Of a stretch of 60,948 nt of DNA, positions 50,466-60,155 are shown piece by piece (positions within the stretch are counted from its first letter, which is position 1; every line of letters begins with the position of its first letter). A program made the position numbers and the translations under genes. The notes under the pieces are model-generated. The model was not told the DNA's origin, did not search any database, and saw only the letters and a list, made by a program, of their open reading frames with translations. Source of the stretch: an uncultured Sutterella sp. (GTDB lineage Bacteria; Pseudomonadota; Gammaproteobacteria; Burkholderiales; Burkholderiaceae_F); contig USBS01000001.1 of the NCBI GenBank assembly GCA_900552915.1, positions 1 to 60,948 on the forward strand, read 5' to 3'.

Positions 50466-51281
50466 ATGAAGTCTCGTTCTACGTGGCTCTATCTGCTTCC
50501 GGCGCTCATCATCCTGGCAGCATTCTTCGTGCTGCCGGTGGTGAGGCTTATTCCCGCTTCAGTTTCGTCGGAAAGCGGATTAGGGCTTTATCTCGAAATC
50601 ATCACCAACCCACGCTACAGCACCAGCGTCGCTTCGACCGTGGTGCTTTCCATATTAGTTACGCTCGCAAGCCTCTTCGTGGGCGGCCTCACCGGGCTCT
50701 TTCTGGAGCGTCATCGCTTTGCAGGGCGCGACGCTGTTGTCGGCCTCATCACGCTGCCGCTTTCGTTTCCAGGCGTTGTCGTGGGCTTCATGATCATCAT
50801 GCTCGGCGGCAGAAACGGTTTGATCGGCATGTTCACTCAAGGTCTCGGTGCCGGAAAACTCGTTTTTGCCTACGGCATGGTGGGCCTCTTTTTAGGCTGC
50901 CTCTACTTCTCCATCCCGCGCGTCGTGACAACCGTCATGGCTGCAGCCAAAAAGATGGATCCGATGTATGAAGAAGCCGCCCGAACGCTTGGCGCTTCCT
51001 CGTTTCGCATTCTGAAGGACGTCACGTTGCCCGCTTTGGCTCCGGCTCTTTTCTCAACCGGCGCGCTTTGCTTTGCGACATCCATGGGCGCCTTCGGCAC
51101 AGCCTTTACGTTGGCCACCGATATCAACGTCCTGCCGATCACGATCTACACCGAATTCACGCTGTCGGCCAATATCGCCTCTGCAGCCATGCTCTCGGTC
51201 GTATTGGGACTGATCACGTGGGTGATGCTCGTAGCTGCCCGTTGGTTCTCGGGTTCCACCGCCGTCACGGGCGCCGCTTAA
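50466..51281 (+). CDS. ABC transporter permease
   Basis: EAA loop EEAARTLGAS; about 6 TM helices. Confidence 0.9.
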   Translation: MKSRSTWLYLLPALIILAAFFVLPVVRLIPASVSSESGLGLYLEIITNPRYSTSVASTVVLSILVTLASLFVGGLTGLFLERHRFAGRDAVVGLITLPLSFPGVVVGFMIIMLGGRNGLIGMFTQGLGAGKLVFAYGMVGLFLGCLYFSIPRVVTTVMAAAKKMDPMYEEAARTLGASSFRILKDVTLPALAPALFSTGALCFATSMGAFGTAFTLATDINVLPITIYTEFTLSANIASAAMLSVVLGLITWVMLVAARWFSGSTAVTGAA

Positions 51282-51293
51282 AAGGAGCAAACG

Positions 51294-52112
51294 ATGACAG
51301 TTAAAAAACCGTTTAACGGCGCCGTCTGCTTTGAAGCGGCTCTTACGGGGCTTACGCTTTTGTTTCTAATGATCCCCGTCGTGCAGATGGTGATCACTGC
51401 CTTTACGGTCAACGCCTTTCGCGGCATCAAATCGGGTCTTACCACGCAGTGGCTCGTCAAAGTTCTGGAACTTTACGGCGACACTATCCTGCGCAGTCTC
51501 GCCTTGGCGTTAATGACGCTTGTGGTGTGCGTGATTGTGGGCGTCCCTGCCGCCTGGGTGCTCGTGCGCGAGCAGAGAAAGCGTTGGGCGGGCTTTATCG
51601 AAGAAGCCTTCATTCTGCCTCTTTCCATGCCGGGACTTGCCGTCGGCTTGGGCATTCTGCTCATCTGGGGCGGTTTTTCCTACTTCCGTCAGAGCATCTT
51701 CTTTCTGCTTGCCGGACACGTGATGTTCTGTCTGCCCTTCATGGTGCGCTCGGTCACAGCCGTGCTGCGCGTCGAACCGCTCTCGCAGTATGAAGAGGCT
51801 TCAGCCACGCTCGGCGCCTCGGCCTGGACGACATTCAGACGCGTTGTCGTGCCCGTAGCCATGCCCGGAATTCTCGCGGGCGCCCTGATGGTCGTGACGG
51901 TGTCGCTCGGCGAATTCAACATTTCCTGGATGCTGCAGACGCCCTACACCAAGACGCTTCCCGTGGGTCTGGCCGACAGCTACGCCTCCATGCGGCTGGA
52001 AGTGGGCAGCGCCTATACCTTCATCTTCTTCGTCATTTTGGTGCCGCTTCTCACGTTGATGCAGAAGCTGCCGGAGCGCCTGAGCAAGCGCCGTGCGCTC
52101 AAACACAAATAA
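51294..52112 (+). CDS. ABC transporter permease
   Basis: EAA loop EEASATLGAS; SLGEFN. Confidence 0.9.
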   Translation: MTVKKPFNGAVCFEAALTGLTLLFLMIPVVQMVITAFTVNAFRGIKSGLTTQWLVKVLELYGDTILRSLALALMTLVVCVIVGVPAAWVLVREQRKRWAGFIEEAFILPLSMPGLAVGLGILLIWGGFSYFRQSIFFLLAGHVMFCLPFMVRSVTAVLRVEPLSQYEEASATLGASAWTTFRRVVVPVAMPGILAGALMVVTVSLGEFNISWMLQTPYTKTLPVGLADSYASMRLEVGSAYTFIFFVILVPLLTLMQKLPERLSKRRALKHK

Positions 52113-52127
52113 GTGTTGGAACAGACT

Positions 52128-53264
52128 ATGGATCAAAACCTCAATCCGGGACAGGAATCCGTCTCGATCGAACTGAAAAATGTCAGCAAGCACTACGGCG
52201 ACACGTTGGTGCTTACTCCCTTCTCGCTCACGCTCGATGCAGGCTGCCGCACGGTGTTGCTCGGCCCCTCGGGCTGCGGCAAAACGACGCTTCTGCGCAT
52301 GATTGCCGGACTGGAAACGCCCGACGAAGGATCTCAAATTTGGATCGGCGGCAAGGATGTCACGTCGGTTCCTGCCGAAAAACGCCAGATCGGCTTTATG
52401 TTTCAGTCCTATGCGCTCTTTCCCAACATGACCGTTGCGGAAAACGTCGCCTACGGTCTGACGGTGCGCAAGGAAAATCCCCAGACCATCAAGGAAACGG
52501 TTGCCAAAATGCTGGAACTCGTCAACCTTGAGCCCTACGCCGATCGCCCCGTGCAAGCCCTTTCGGGCGGCCAACGCCAACGCGTTGCTCTGGCACGTGC
52601 TCTGGCGATTCGCCCGCGTGTTTTGCTGCTCGACGAGCCGCTCACCGCGCTTGACGCGCTTCTGCGTCACAAAGTGCGCGAGGAACTCGCCGTGATCTTG
52701 AAGCGTCTGGGCATTACGGCCGTGATCGTGACCCACGATCAGGACGAAGCCATGGTGCTCGGCGACAAGATCGTTGTGATGCAAGGCGGCGTCATTCATC
52801 AGGCCGATACGCCGCAAAACGTTTGGGACAACCCGGCTACCGATTTCGTTGCCGGCTTTGTCGGCAACAGCAACAAACTCAAGGGCAAACTCAACGACGG
52901 TGTTTTGGAAATCGACGGCGGCACGATTGCCGTTTCCGACCTTGCGCCTTCGAGCCGCCAACGTCTTCAGGATCTCAAGCAGGCAGACATTCGTGCCTTT
53001 GTACGTCCGGAAACGGCCAGTCTCGAGCTTAATGCCGCTACGCATGACGAAGCCGTACTTCGCGTTCCCGTCATTGTTCGCGACTTCCACTTTATGGGAA
53101 GCTTCGTGCGCATTTCGGTGGAACTTAAATCCCACACCAAGCTCATGAAGGTCAATATGACCGAGGTCCCTGCGGGACTTGAGCCAGGAAATGAGGCCAC
53201 CATGGTGATCGCCGGTTCCGACCTGATGGTCTTTGCCGACAAGGAAGAGGACCAATCCAAATGA
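52128..53264 (+). CDS. ABC transporter ATPase (PotA/AfuC family)
   Basis: GPSGCGKTT, FQSYALFP, LSGGQRQR, VTHDQDEA; alternative start at 52113. Confidence 0.92.
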   Translation: MDQNLNPGQESVSIELKNVSKHYGDTLVLTPFSLTLDAGCRTVLLGPSGCGKTTLLRMIAGLETPDEGSQIWIGGKDVTSVPAEKRQIGFMFQSYALFPNMTVAENVAYGLTVRKENPQTIKETVAKMLELVNLEPYADRPVQALSGGQRQRVALARALAIRPRVLLLDEPLTALDALLRHKVREELAVILKRLGITAVIVTHDQDEAMVLGDKIVVMQGGVIHQADTPQNVWDNPATDFVAGFVGNSNKLKGKLNDGVLEIDGGTIAVSDLAPSSRQRLQDLKQADIRAFVRPETASLELNAATHDEAVLRVPVIVRDFHFMGSFVRISVELKSHTKLMKVNMTEVPAGLEPGNEATMVIAGSDLMVFADKEEDQSK

Positions 53265-54082
53265 TGAAGATTCTGCAAATCTCCGACCTGCATGTCGAAC
53301 CGGTCGGCAAGCTCGCCTACGCCCGAGCCAACACCGCTCGCCGCATGATTGAACTCACGGAGTGGCTTGCCAGGCATGAAAACGAGTACGATGCCGTGGC
53401 CGTCACCGGCGACTTAAGCTGCGACGGCAACATCGATTCCTACCATCTGATCGACGCCATTTTCCGCGCGCTCCCGAAGCCCTGTTTCATGGTTCCGGGC
53501 AATCACGACCGCAGAAAACCGTTCCTTGAATGCCTCTCGCATTTCTGCCCGAATGTCTACAGTTCTGAAAATCTGAGTTTTGCCGTTGATCTGGGCGAGT
53601 ATCGGCTTTTCATGCTCGATACGCTTCAGCCGGGCATTCACTGGGGCGCTGTTCCGGACGGTGTCATCAACTGGCTCGAAGGCGAACTGCCCAAAACCGA
53701 TAAGCCGACGCTTGTTCTCTGCCACCACACGCCCGTCAAGCCCGGCATGGGCTACATGGACGAACCGTTCGGCAACGGCGATCGCCTAATCGACATGCTC
53801 GCCGCGCAGCCCAATGTACGACTTTGCACCGGCCACCTGCATCGTCCCGTTGCCACATTGGCCAAAAATAAGCTCATGGTCGTCACGGCGCCTTCGGTGT
53901 CGCTTCAGATGCTTCTTGACCTCACGCCCAAGGGCGGCGACGAGTTCGTGTTTGAAACGCCTGGGTACGCCGTTCACACGTTCCTTGAGGACGGTTGGGT
54001 GACCCACTTCGGGCAACTTCCGTTTGCAAGCGACTTCAGCGGCCCGTATCCGTTCGTCAACACCATCAATCCCGACGCGTAA
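53261..54082 (+). CDS. Metallophosphoesterase (GpdQ/CpdA-like phosphodiesterase)
   Basis: DLH, TGD, PGNHD, HH and GHLH calcineurin-like motifs. Confidence 0.88.
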   Translation: MMKILQISDLHVEPVGKLAYARANTARRMIELTEWLARHENEYDAVAVTGDLSCDGNIDSYHLIDAIFRALPKPCFMVPGNHDRRKPFLECLSHFCPNVYSSENLSFAVDLGEYRLFMLDTLQPGIHWGAVPDGVINWLEGELPKTDKPTLVLCHHTPVKPGMGYMDEPFGNGDRLIDMLAAQPNVRLCTGHLHRPVATLAKNKLMVVTAPSVSLQMLLDLTPKGGDEFVFETPGYAVHTFLEDGWVTHFGQLPFASDFSGPYPFVNTINPDA

Positions 54083-54101
54083 TTTTTCGGGTTCTCCAAC
54101 G

Positions 54102-54140
54102 AAAAACCGCGGAGCGAAGTAAACGCTTTCCGCGGTTTTT
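54102..54140. terminator. Bidirectional terminator
   Basis: AAAAACCGCGGA / TCCGCGGTTTTT. Confidence 0.75.
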
Positions 54141-54187
54141 CTTGCGCCCGATCAAGAACCGAACGCAAGGCAAACAAGTTCGGTCGA

Positions 54188-55504
54188 TTACTGGCCGGAA
54201 GCGATCTTGTCCTGGAATTCGCAGTAGGTTTCCTTCGTGAAGACCGGCTTGAAGTTGGCGCAGATCTCCTCGGCCTTCTTGGCGTCGTCGTAAAGAAGGT
54301 CAATGATGGTCATGGCAAGCACTTCGGGGGACTTCTCGTAGGCAACCTCTTCGTTGTCAAGAACGAAGTTGGCCCCGTGCAATACGCCCTTGGCGCAACC
54401 GACCCACGGATGCACCACCGGAATCAGGTGCGAAACGTCGCCCATTTCCGTGCTGCCGGCGTTGTGCGGACCGACAGCCACGTGCTCTTCACCGAAGAGC
54501 GCCACGGCATTGTCGCGCAGCACGTTGCGAAGCGTCTCATCGGGACGCAACGGCAGATAACCCGGCAGATCCTGCAGTTCGCACGTAGCACCCACAGCAT
54601 CGGCCCCGGCGCGCAGGGCGCGGTTGATGTCCGTGTTGTAGCGCAACAGCGCGTCGACATTGGCCGCACGCGTATAGCTTTCCATCGTGACATAGTCGGG
54701 AACGACGTTCACAAGGTCGCCGCCCGAGTTAATGATCGGGTGGAAACGCACAAAATCGTCCTCGCGGAAGCGTTCGCGAATGGCGTTGACGCCCATCACG
54801 CCGAGCATGGCGGCATTCAGAGCATTGATGCCTTTATCGGGAGCGCCTGCAGCGTGCGCGGCACGGCCGCGGTAAGTCATAAGTTTGCCCACGAAACCGT
54901 TGCAGCTGCCGCCGAGGTCGTAGAAGCCCTTCGGATCATCGGTGATGTTGGCGTGCATCTGCATGGCAATGTCGATGCCGTCGAAAGCACCTTCGGCAAT
55001 GAGCTGCTGCTTGCCGCCGAGATAGCGCAGATCACCCTTTTTGCGCAGTCCGTTACGGAAGTCGATTTCAACATATTCCTCGGCCGGCACCGCAAAGAGC
55101 ATCAGATCGCCGTCGAGTTCGTCCATGATGCCGGCGTCCTTAAAGGCCATGCCCACAGCAAGCATGTTGGCAAGCTGGACATGGTGACCGCAACAGTGCG
55201 CAGCGCCCGTCTTGGGGTCGGCATGCGGATGATCGCGGCAAACAATGGCATCAAGTTCTCCGAGCAAAGCCACAGTCTTTTTGCTGTTGCGTCCCTTCAT
55301 GCGGGCGCGCACGCCCGTGATGCCCCAGCCGGTTTCGCATGTGAGCCCGAGCTTTTCAAACTCGGCCTTCACCTTGGCGGAAGTCTTCGTTTCCTTGAAG
55401 CCCAGTTCGGGTTCGGCAAAAACGTTTTCGGCAATAGCTTTGATATCGGCACGGCGGGCGCGAATGGCTTCGCAGACACGGCGCTTGAGCTCTTCCTTAG
55501 TCAT
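54188..55504 (-). CDS. M20-family amidohydrolase (AbgB/ACY1L2-like)
   Basis: PELGFKE, GELDA, HCCGH, PAEE, GRAAHA, GSTEMGDVS. Confidence 0.88.
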   Translation of the reverse strand: MTKEELKRRVCEAIRARRADIKAIAENVFAEPELGFKETKTSAKVKAEFEKLGLTCETGWGITGVRARMKGRNSKKTVALLGELDAIVCRDHPHADPKTGAAHCCGHHVQLANMLAVGMAFKDAGIMDELDGDLMLFAVPAEEYVEIDFRNGLRKKGDLRYLGGKQQLIAEGAFDGIDIAMQMHANITDDPKGFYDLGGSCNGFVGKLMTYRGRAAHAAGAPDKGINALNAAMLGVMGVNAIRERFREDDFVRFHPIINSGGDLVNVVPDYVTMESYTRAANVDALLRYNTDINRALRAGADAVGATCELQDLPGYLPLRPDETLRNVLRDNAVALFGEEHVAVGPHNAGSTEMGDVSHLIPVVHPWVGCAKGVLHGANFVLDNEEVAYEKSPEVLAMTIIDLLYDDAKKAEEICANFKPVFTKETYCEFQDKIASGQ

Positions 55505-55598
55505 GTTTCTCTCTTTGCAGTGAACAAAAACGCTTAAGAAAAAAGGCGGGCCGGCAAGCCGGGATTTCCGCTTGCGCCCGCCTTCGCTTTATCAGGCG

Positions 55599-56063
55599 TC
55601 AGAATACACCCTCAAGGCCCAGCATGATCTCGGCCAGGATGGTTGCGCAGATGAAGCTGCCGGCAGCCACGGCCAGAGCCACGGGAATGATGCGCCAGGA
55701 AAGTGCCTTGAACGCTTCCATATCCTTGCCGACCGACAGACCCGCATAAGCCAGAAGCGGCGTGGTGAGCGCAAGGAAGCTAACCTGCTTGGTGTAGCTC
55801 AGAACAACGTCGCCGCCCGGGAAACCCGGAATCGAAACCACAACGGCAACGATCGACACCCAGAACACCATCGGCAGCTTATGAAAGCCCGGCAGCTTGG
55901 AAATGAAGATGCCCAGAGAAGCCAACACGACCAGGAGGAAAACGCCGATGGCGCTGCCGCCCAGATCCGGATGGATGTTGATGAGGTTTGCAACCCAGCT
56001 GAAAACGCCCGTCACCAGAAGGATGAAAACCATATCCTTCATTTCATTCAAAATTTTCATCAT
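55599..56063 (-). CDS. Small multi-pass membrane protein, partner of DUF3100
   Basis: About 5 hydrophobic helices; LTTPLLAYAGLSVGKD motif; adjacent to the DUF3100 gene. Confidence 0.7.
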   Translation of the reverse strand: MMKILNEMKDMVFILLVTGVFSWVANLINIHPDLGGSAIGVFLLVVLASLGIFISKLPGFHKLPMVFWVSIVAVVVSIPGFPGGDVVLSYTKQVSFLALTTPLLAYAGLSVGKDMEAFKALSWRIIPVALAVAAGSFICATILAEIMLGLEGVF

Positions 56064-56114
56064 GATCTTTTCTCTCTTAAATACTTTGCGTGTTCTTTTG
56101 AATCAACCGGCACG

Positions 56115-56894
56115 TCAGGCCTTTTTCTTGGAGCGCAGGGAATCCATCCAGCCGTAGACCTTGACGGTGACAGGCAGCGAGATGAAAAGCGCAAAGTAAA
56201 TACCGAGAACCGTCGTGAGCAGGTTGGCGGCAGCCGCGTATGCCTGAACGGTTTCAGCCCATTCGGGATGAGAAGCAATAATCGAAGCAGTGGAAGCGGC
56301 CATCATCGAGGCGCTGCCGATGCCCGCGCCCATAGCCAGAGCATGCGGATGGAAAATACCCATCTGAGCGATCACGCCGGCCAAGACGGACACCCAAAGC
56401 GCACCGAACACGGTGCCGCAGATGTACATGCCCATCACGCCGCGGCCTTCGGGCGAGTCCAAACCATAGCGCTCGGCAATAATGGCGATGTTGGGTTCAC
56501 GGTCGATCGAGTAGCAGGCGCCGATGGCCTCTCGCTTCATGCCCACAAGGAAGGCAACCGGCAGACCGAAAACGAGCGTGCCGAAGAAGTGGCCGAACTC
56601 CTGCACGAGAAGCGCAAGAGACGAGTGCATCAGCTGCTGCAGATTCGGACCGATATCCAAGCCGAGCTTGGTCACGAGGATAAGCATGCCGATGGAAAGT
56701 ACGCGGGAAGCACGTTCCATTTCGGGCAGCTTGAGAAGCTTGAAATTCGGATAGCTGATGATGCCGCCGATGATCAGGGCGTAAAACAGCGGCAGGAAAA
56801 TGATCAGATCGAAGCGCTGCATGCCGATCAATTCTGCGACGATCACGATCAGCAATGCCAGTAAATGAAGCTTCCAATTTTTGATGAGGTCCAT
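56115..56894 (-). CDS. DUF3100-family membrane protein (putative transporter subunit)
   Basis: QEFGHFFGT, KREAIGACYSIDREPN, SPEGRGVMGMYICGT, AMGAGIGSASM. Confidence 0.8.
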   Translation of the reverse strand: MDLIKNWKLHLLALLIVIVAELIGMQRFDLIIFLPLFYALIIGGIISYPNFKLLKLPEMERASRVLSIGMLILVTKLGLDIGPNLQQLMHSSLALLVQEFGHFFGTLVFGLPVAFLVGMKREAIGACYSIDREPNIAIIAERYGLDSPEGRGVMGMYICGTVFGALWVSVLAGVIAQMGIFHPHALAMGAGIGSASMMAASTASIIASHPEWAETVQAYAAAANLLTTVLGIYFALFISLPVTVKVYGWMDSLRSKKKA

Positions 56895-56913
56895 TTGGTT
56901 CTTCCTTGTTGTC

Positions 56914-57125
56914 AGGACTTCGGCGTCAAATCTCCCTCAACGCCCTTCATCCTTTAGTTCTGGGGCGGACTCTGTCGGCGGAAGGCTTCCGGTCGGAAGC
57001 CGAACAAGCTCAAGAAAACGCAAACGGAGGCGAGACATCGTGCTCTCCACCTCCGTTGCCAATCCTTCGCAATGCTCTCGACGGAATTTTCCCTTCCGCC
57101 GATGCTGCGCGGCAGCAGTCCTATT
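56914..57125 (-). promoter_or_regulatory. Structured 5' leader (candidate attenuator or riboswitch-like RNA)
   Basis: Nested stems including a perfect 11-bp long-range pair and an internal terminator-like hairpin; see findings. Confidence 0.45.
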
Positions 57126-57563
57126 TTTTCGGTTACATTCGACGCAGTCGGAACACGCGGCAGGCCTGCAAGCGCGCTGCAAAAGCGAACTTGATGCCGT
57201 TGAGGATAAAGACTGCCGCTTGCATCATCTGATCCGAACCGATTGCGTTCATGCGTTGCCGAAATACGGGCCGGCGGAAAGGCCCTTCAGAGCGGACAGT
57301 ACCACGCCGACATCAAAAAACTCAAGCAAATCGCGCTTTTCAAGGAAAAATAGCCGTCTCGCCTAAGCAATTCTGCTCAGATTTTCCCGCAAATTTCACA
57401 TGCGGCAGACAAATGCAAAGACGGCCGCAGGCTTTGAGCCTTGTCAGACAAGCAGGCGCTTGGTTCAAGTCGAAAAGTGCTTTTGCCGACCGTCGTGCTT
57501 GTGTTTTGCCGTCCCGCGGGAGCAAAATGCAGGAATCACCATAAAACACTGAGGAGGGCTGCG

Positions 57564-59612
57564 ATGTCCAATTACCTTACCGAGAACCTTCGTACTGTAG
57601 CTTTGGTCGGGCACAGCGCCTCCGGCAAGACGAGTCTTGTCGAGGCCATGCTGGTTCGTTCCGGTGCCATCGCCGAAGCCGGCTCCGTCGAACGCGGCAA
57701 TACCGTTTGCGACAATGATCCGCAGGAAAAAGCGGTCGGTCATTCGCTTCGTATGGCCGTGGCGCACATCGACACCGCCATGCCCGACCTGACTCCCGTG
57801 CGCATTCACGTCATCGACACCCCGGGGGGCCCCGATTACGTCGGTCAGGCACTCTCGGCTCTGGACGCCGTCAAATCGGTTGCGGTTGTCGTCGACGCCA
57901 CCAAGGGTATTGAACTCATGACCCGCCGCATGATGCAGTGGGCCGAAGAACGCGGTCTGTGCCGCGTGATCGTCGTCAACAAAATCGACGCTCCGGACGT
58001 CAACCTGAGCGAACTGTTGCATGAACTGCAGGAAGCGTTCGGCGACGGCGTGCTGCCGATCAACCTTCCGACCAAGGGCTACACGCGCGTGATCGACTGC
58101 TTTGACAAGGATTCGGGCGACGCCGACATCATGACGGTAAGCGACGTGCACCGCGCCTTCATCGAACGCGTTGTGGAAGTCGACGATGCTACGATGGAAA
58201 AATATCTCGAAGAAGGCGACGCAGACCCCTCGACGCTGCACGGCGAAGTAACGAAGGCCTTGCGCGAAGCTCACGTGATTCCGGTGTGCTTCACGTCCGC
58301 CAAGAACCTCATCGGCATCCGCGACTTCATGAAGGTGATCATCCGCCATCTGCCTTCTCCGAGCGAAGCCAACGACGCACACTTCATCGACCGCGACGGC
58401 AACCCCTACCAAACGCAGCCCGACAAGAATCTGCCGGTTGTGGCGCACGTGTTTAAGGTTGTGAGCGACCCGTTCGTCGGCAAAATCGGCGTCTTCCGCG
58501 TGCACCAGGGCTGCATCACCGCCGGCTCTACGCTTTACGTCGACAACCTCAAAAAGCCCATCAAGGCGGCTCGTCCGCTGATTCTGCAGGGCAAGAACAC
58601 GTTTGAAACCGATGAACTTCACCCCGGCGACATCGGTGCACTCAACAAGATCGACGAACTCACCTACGGCTGCATCCTGCACTCGGATCCGAATCTGGAA
58701 ATCCAGATGCGTCCGCTGCCCTTCCCCAAGCCCATGCTCGGTCTTGCCATCGCTCCGGCCCGCCGCGGCGACGAAGGCCGCATGAGCGAAGTGCTCGGCA
58801 AGATGCTTGCCGAAGACCCGACGCTTTCGGTCGACCACGACGTCGTTTTGAACGAAACGGTGCTGCGCGGCTTAACCGAGATGCATGTGCGCACGGTGCT
58901 TGAACGCATGAAGGATCAGTTCAAGCTTGAAGTGACGACGAAGACGCCGTCGGTCCCCTACCGCGAAACCATCGCAGGGTCGGCCGAAGGTCATGCCCGC
59001 CACAAGAAGCAGACGGGCGGCGCCGGTCAGTTCGGTGAAGTCTATCTGCGCATCGAACCGCTTGCCCGCGGCGAAGGCTTTGTCTTTGCCGACGAAGTCA
59101 AGGGCGGCGCGATTCCGTTCAACCTGATCCCGGCGGTGGAAAAGGGCGTGCGCGACGTGCTCGCGACGGGCTTTATTGCCGGCTACCCGATTCAGGACAT
59201 CAAGGTCACGGTCTACGACGGCAAATACCATCCGGTCGACTCCAAGGAAGTCGCCTTCGTTTCGGCCGGCCGCAAGGCTATGCTTGATGCGCTTGCCAAG
59301 GCAAACCCGCAGGTTCTGGAACCGATCGTTGAAATGATCATCACGGCTCCGGATGCGTACATGGGCGATATCACGGGCGACCTTGCCAGCCGTCGCGGGC
59401 AGATCGTCGGCACGGACAACCTGCCCGGCGGAATGATGGAAATCCGCGCTCAGGTTCCGCTCGCCGAACTTGAAAGCTACGCCACTCGCCTTCACGCTTT
59501 GACGCAGGGCGCCGGTGCGTTCTCGATGGATCTGTCGGGCTATCAGCCTGTCCCGGCTCAGAAGCAGGCCGAGCTTGCTTCCAAGTTCAGTCTGAAGGCC
59601 GAAGAAGACTAA
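57564..59612 (+). CDS. Elongation factor G paralog (EF-G2/FusA-like)
   Basis: GHSASGKT, DTPG, NKID, YRETI, HKKQTGGAGQFGEV, YHPVDS, LEPI; not in a str operon. Confidence 0.9.
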   Translation: MSNYLTENLRTVALVGHSASGKTSLVEAMLVRSGAIAEAGSVERGNTVCDNDPQEKAVGHSLRMAVAHIDTAMPDLTPVRIHVIDTPGGPDYVGQALSALDAVKSVAVVVDATKGIELMTRRMMQWAEERGLCRVIVVNKIDAPDVNLSELLHELQEAFGDGVLPINLPTKGYTRVIDCFDKDSGDADIMTVSDVHRAFIERVVEVDDATMEKYLEEGDADPSTLHGEVTKALREAHVIPVCFTSAKNLIGIRDFMKVIIRHLPSPSEANDAHFIDRDGNPYQTQPDKNLPVVAHVFKVVSDPFVGKIGVFRVHQGCITAGSTLYVDNLKKPIKAARPLILQGKNTFETDELHPGDIGALNKIDELTYGCILHSDPNLEIQMRPLPFPKPMLGLAIAPARRGDEGRMSEVLGKMLAEDPTLSVDHDVVLNETVLRGLTEMHVRTVLERMKDQFKLEVTTKTPSVPYRETIAGSAEGHARHKKQTGGAGQFGEVYLRIEPLARGEGFVFADEVKGGAIPFNLIPAVEKGVRDVLATGFIAGYPIQDIKVTVYDGKYHPVDSKEVAFVSAGRKAMLDALAKANPQVLEPIVEMIITAPDAYMGDITGDLASRRGQIVGTDNLPGGMMEIRAQVPLAELESYATRLHALTQGAGAFSMDLSGYQPVPAQKQAELASKFSLKAEED

Positions 59613-59670
59613 TCCGTTAATCGGTACTCGGCCGCTTCCCGCGGCCGGGTACCGGCCATACATACAATTC

Positions 59671-59706
59671 GAGCGGCGTTTCTCTCGGAAAATCGCCGCT
59701 CTTTTT
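59671..59706 (+). terminator. Intrinsic terminator after the EF-G paralog
   Basis: GAGCGGCG / CGCCGCTC stem plus TTTTT. Confidence 0.75.
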
Positions 59707-59714
59707 GTGTCCGA

Positions 59715-60155
59715 TCAATTGTTGCTAAACCAAATCGTCACGGGACCGTCGTTGACGATATTGACGACCATGTGTGCGCCGAACTCGCCGGTTGCCGTTT
59801 TCAGTCCGCTTGCGCCGCACTCCTCAACGAACACGTCAAAAAGCCGTTTTGCCTCGTCGGGAGCAGCGGCCGGAGTAAAGCTCGGCCGATTGCCTCGGGA
59901 GGTATCCGCCGCAAGCGTAAATTGGGACACCAAAAGCAACTCGCCCCCGATATCGGAAACCGAGCGATTCATTTTGCCCGCATCATCTTCAAAGATGCGG
60001 TACTTGAGCACCTTCTGCGCGAGCGCTCTCGCCTTTTCCTCGGTGTCGCCCTTAACGGCGCAAACCAACAAGCACAAGCCGTGTCCGACGTCGCCAACCG
60101 TTTTTCCGTCAATCGAAACAGAGGCCTGCGCGACGCGCTGCAACAAAGCGATCAT
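59715..60155 (-). CDS. dtd: D-aminoacyl-tRNA deacylase
   Basis: LLQRV, VSQFTL, GNRPSF, NDGPVT (Gly-cisPro motif). Confidence 0.96.
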   Translation of the reverse strand: MIALLQRVAQASVSIDGKTVGDVGHGLCLLVCAVKGDTEEKARALAQKVLKYRIFEDDAGKMNRSVSDIGGELLLVSQFTLAADTSRGNRPSFTPAAAPDEAKRLFDVFVEECGASGLKTATGEFGAHMVVNIVNDGPVTIWFSNN

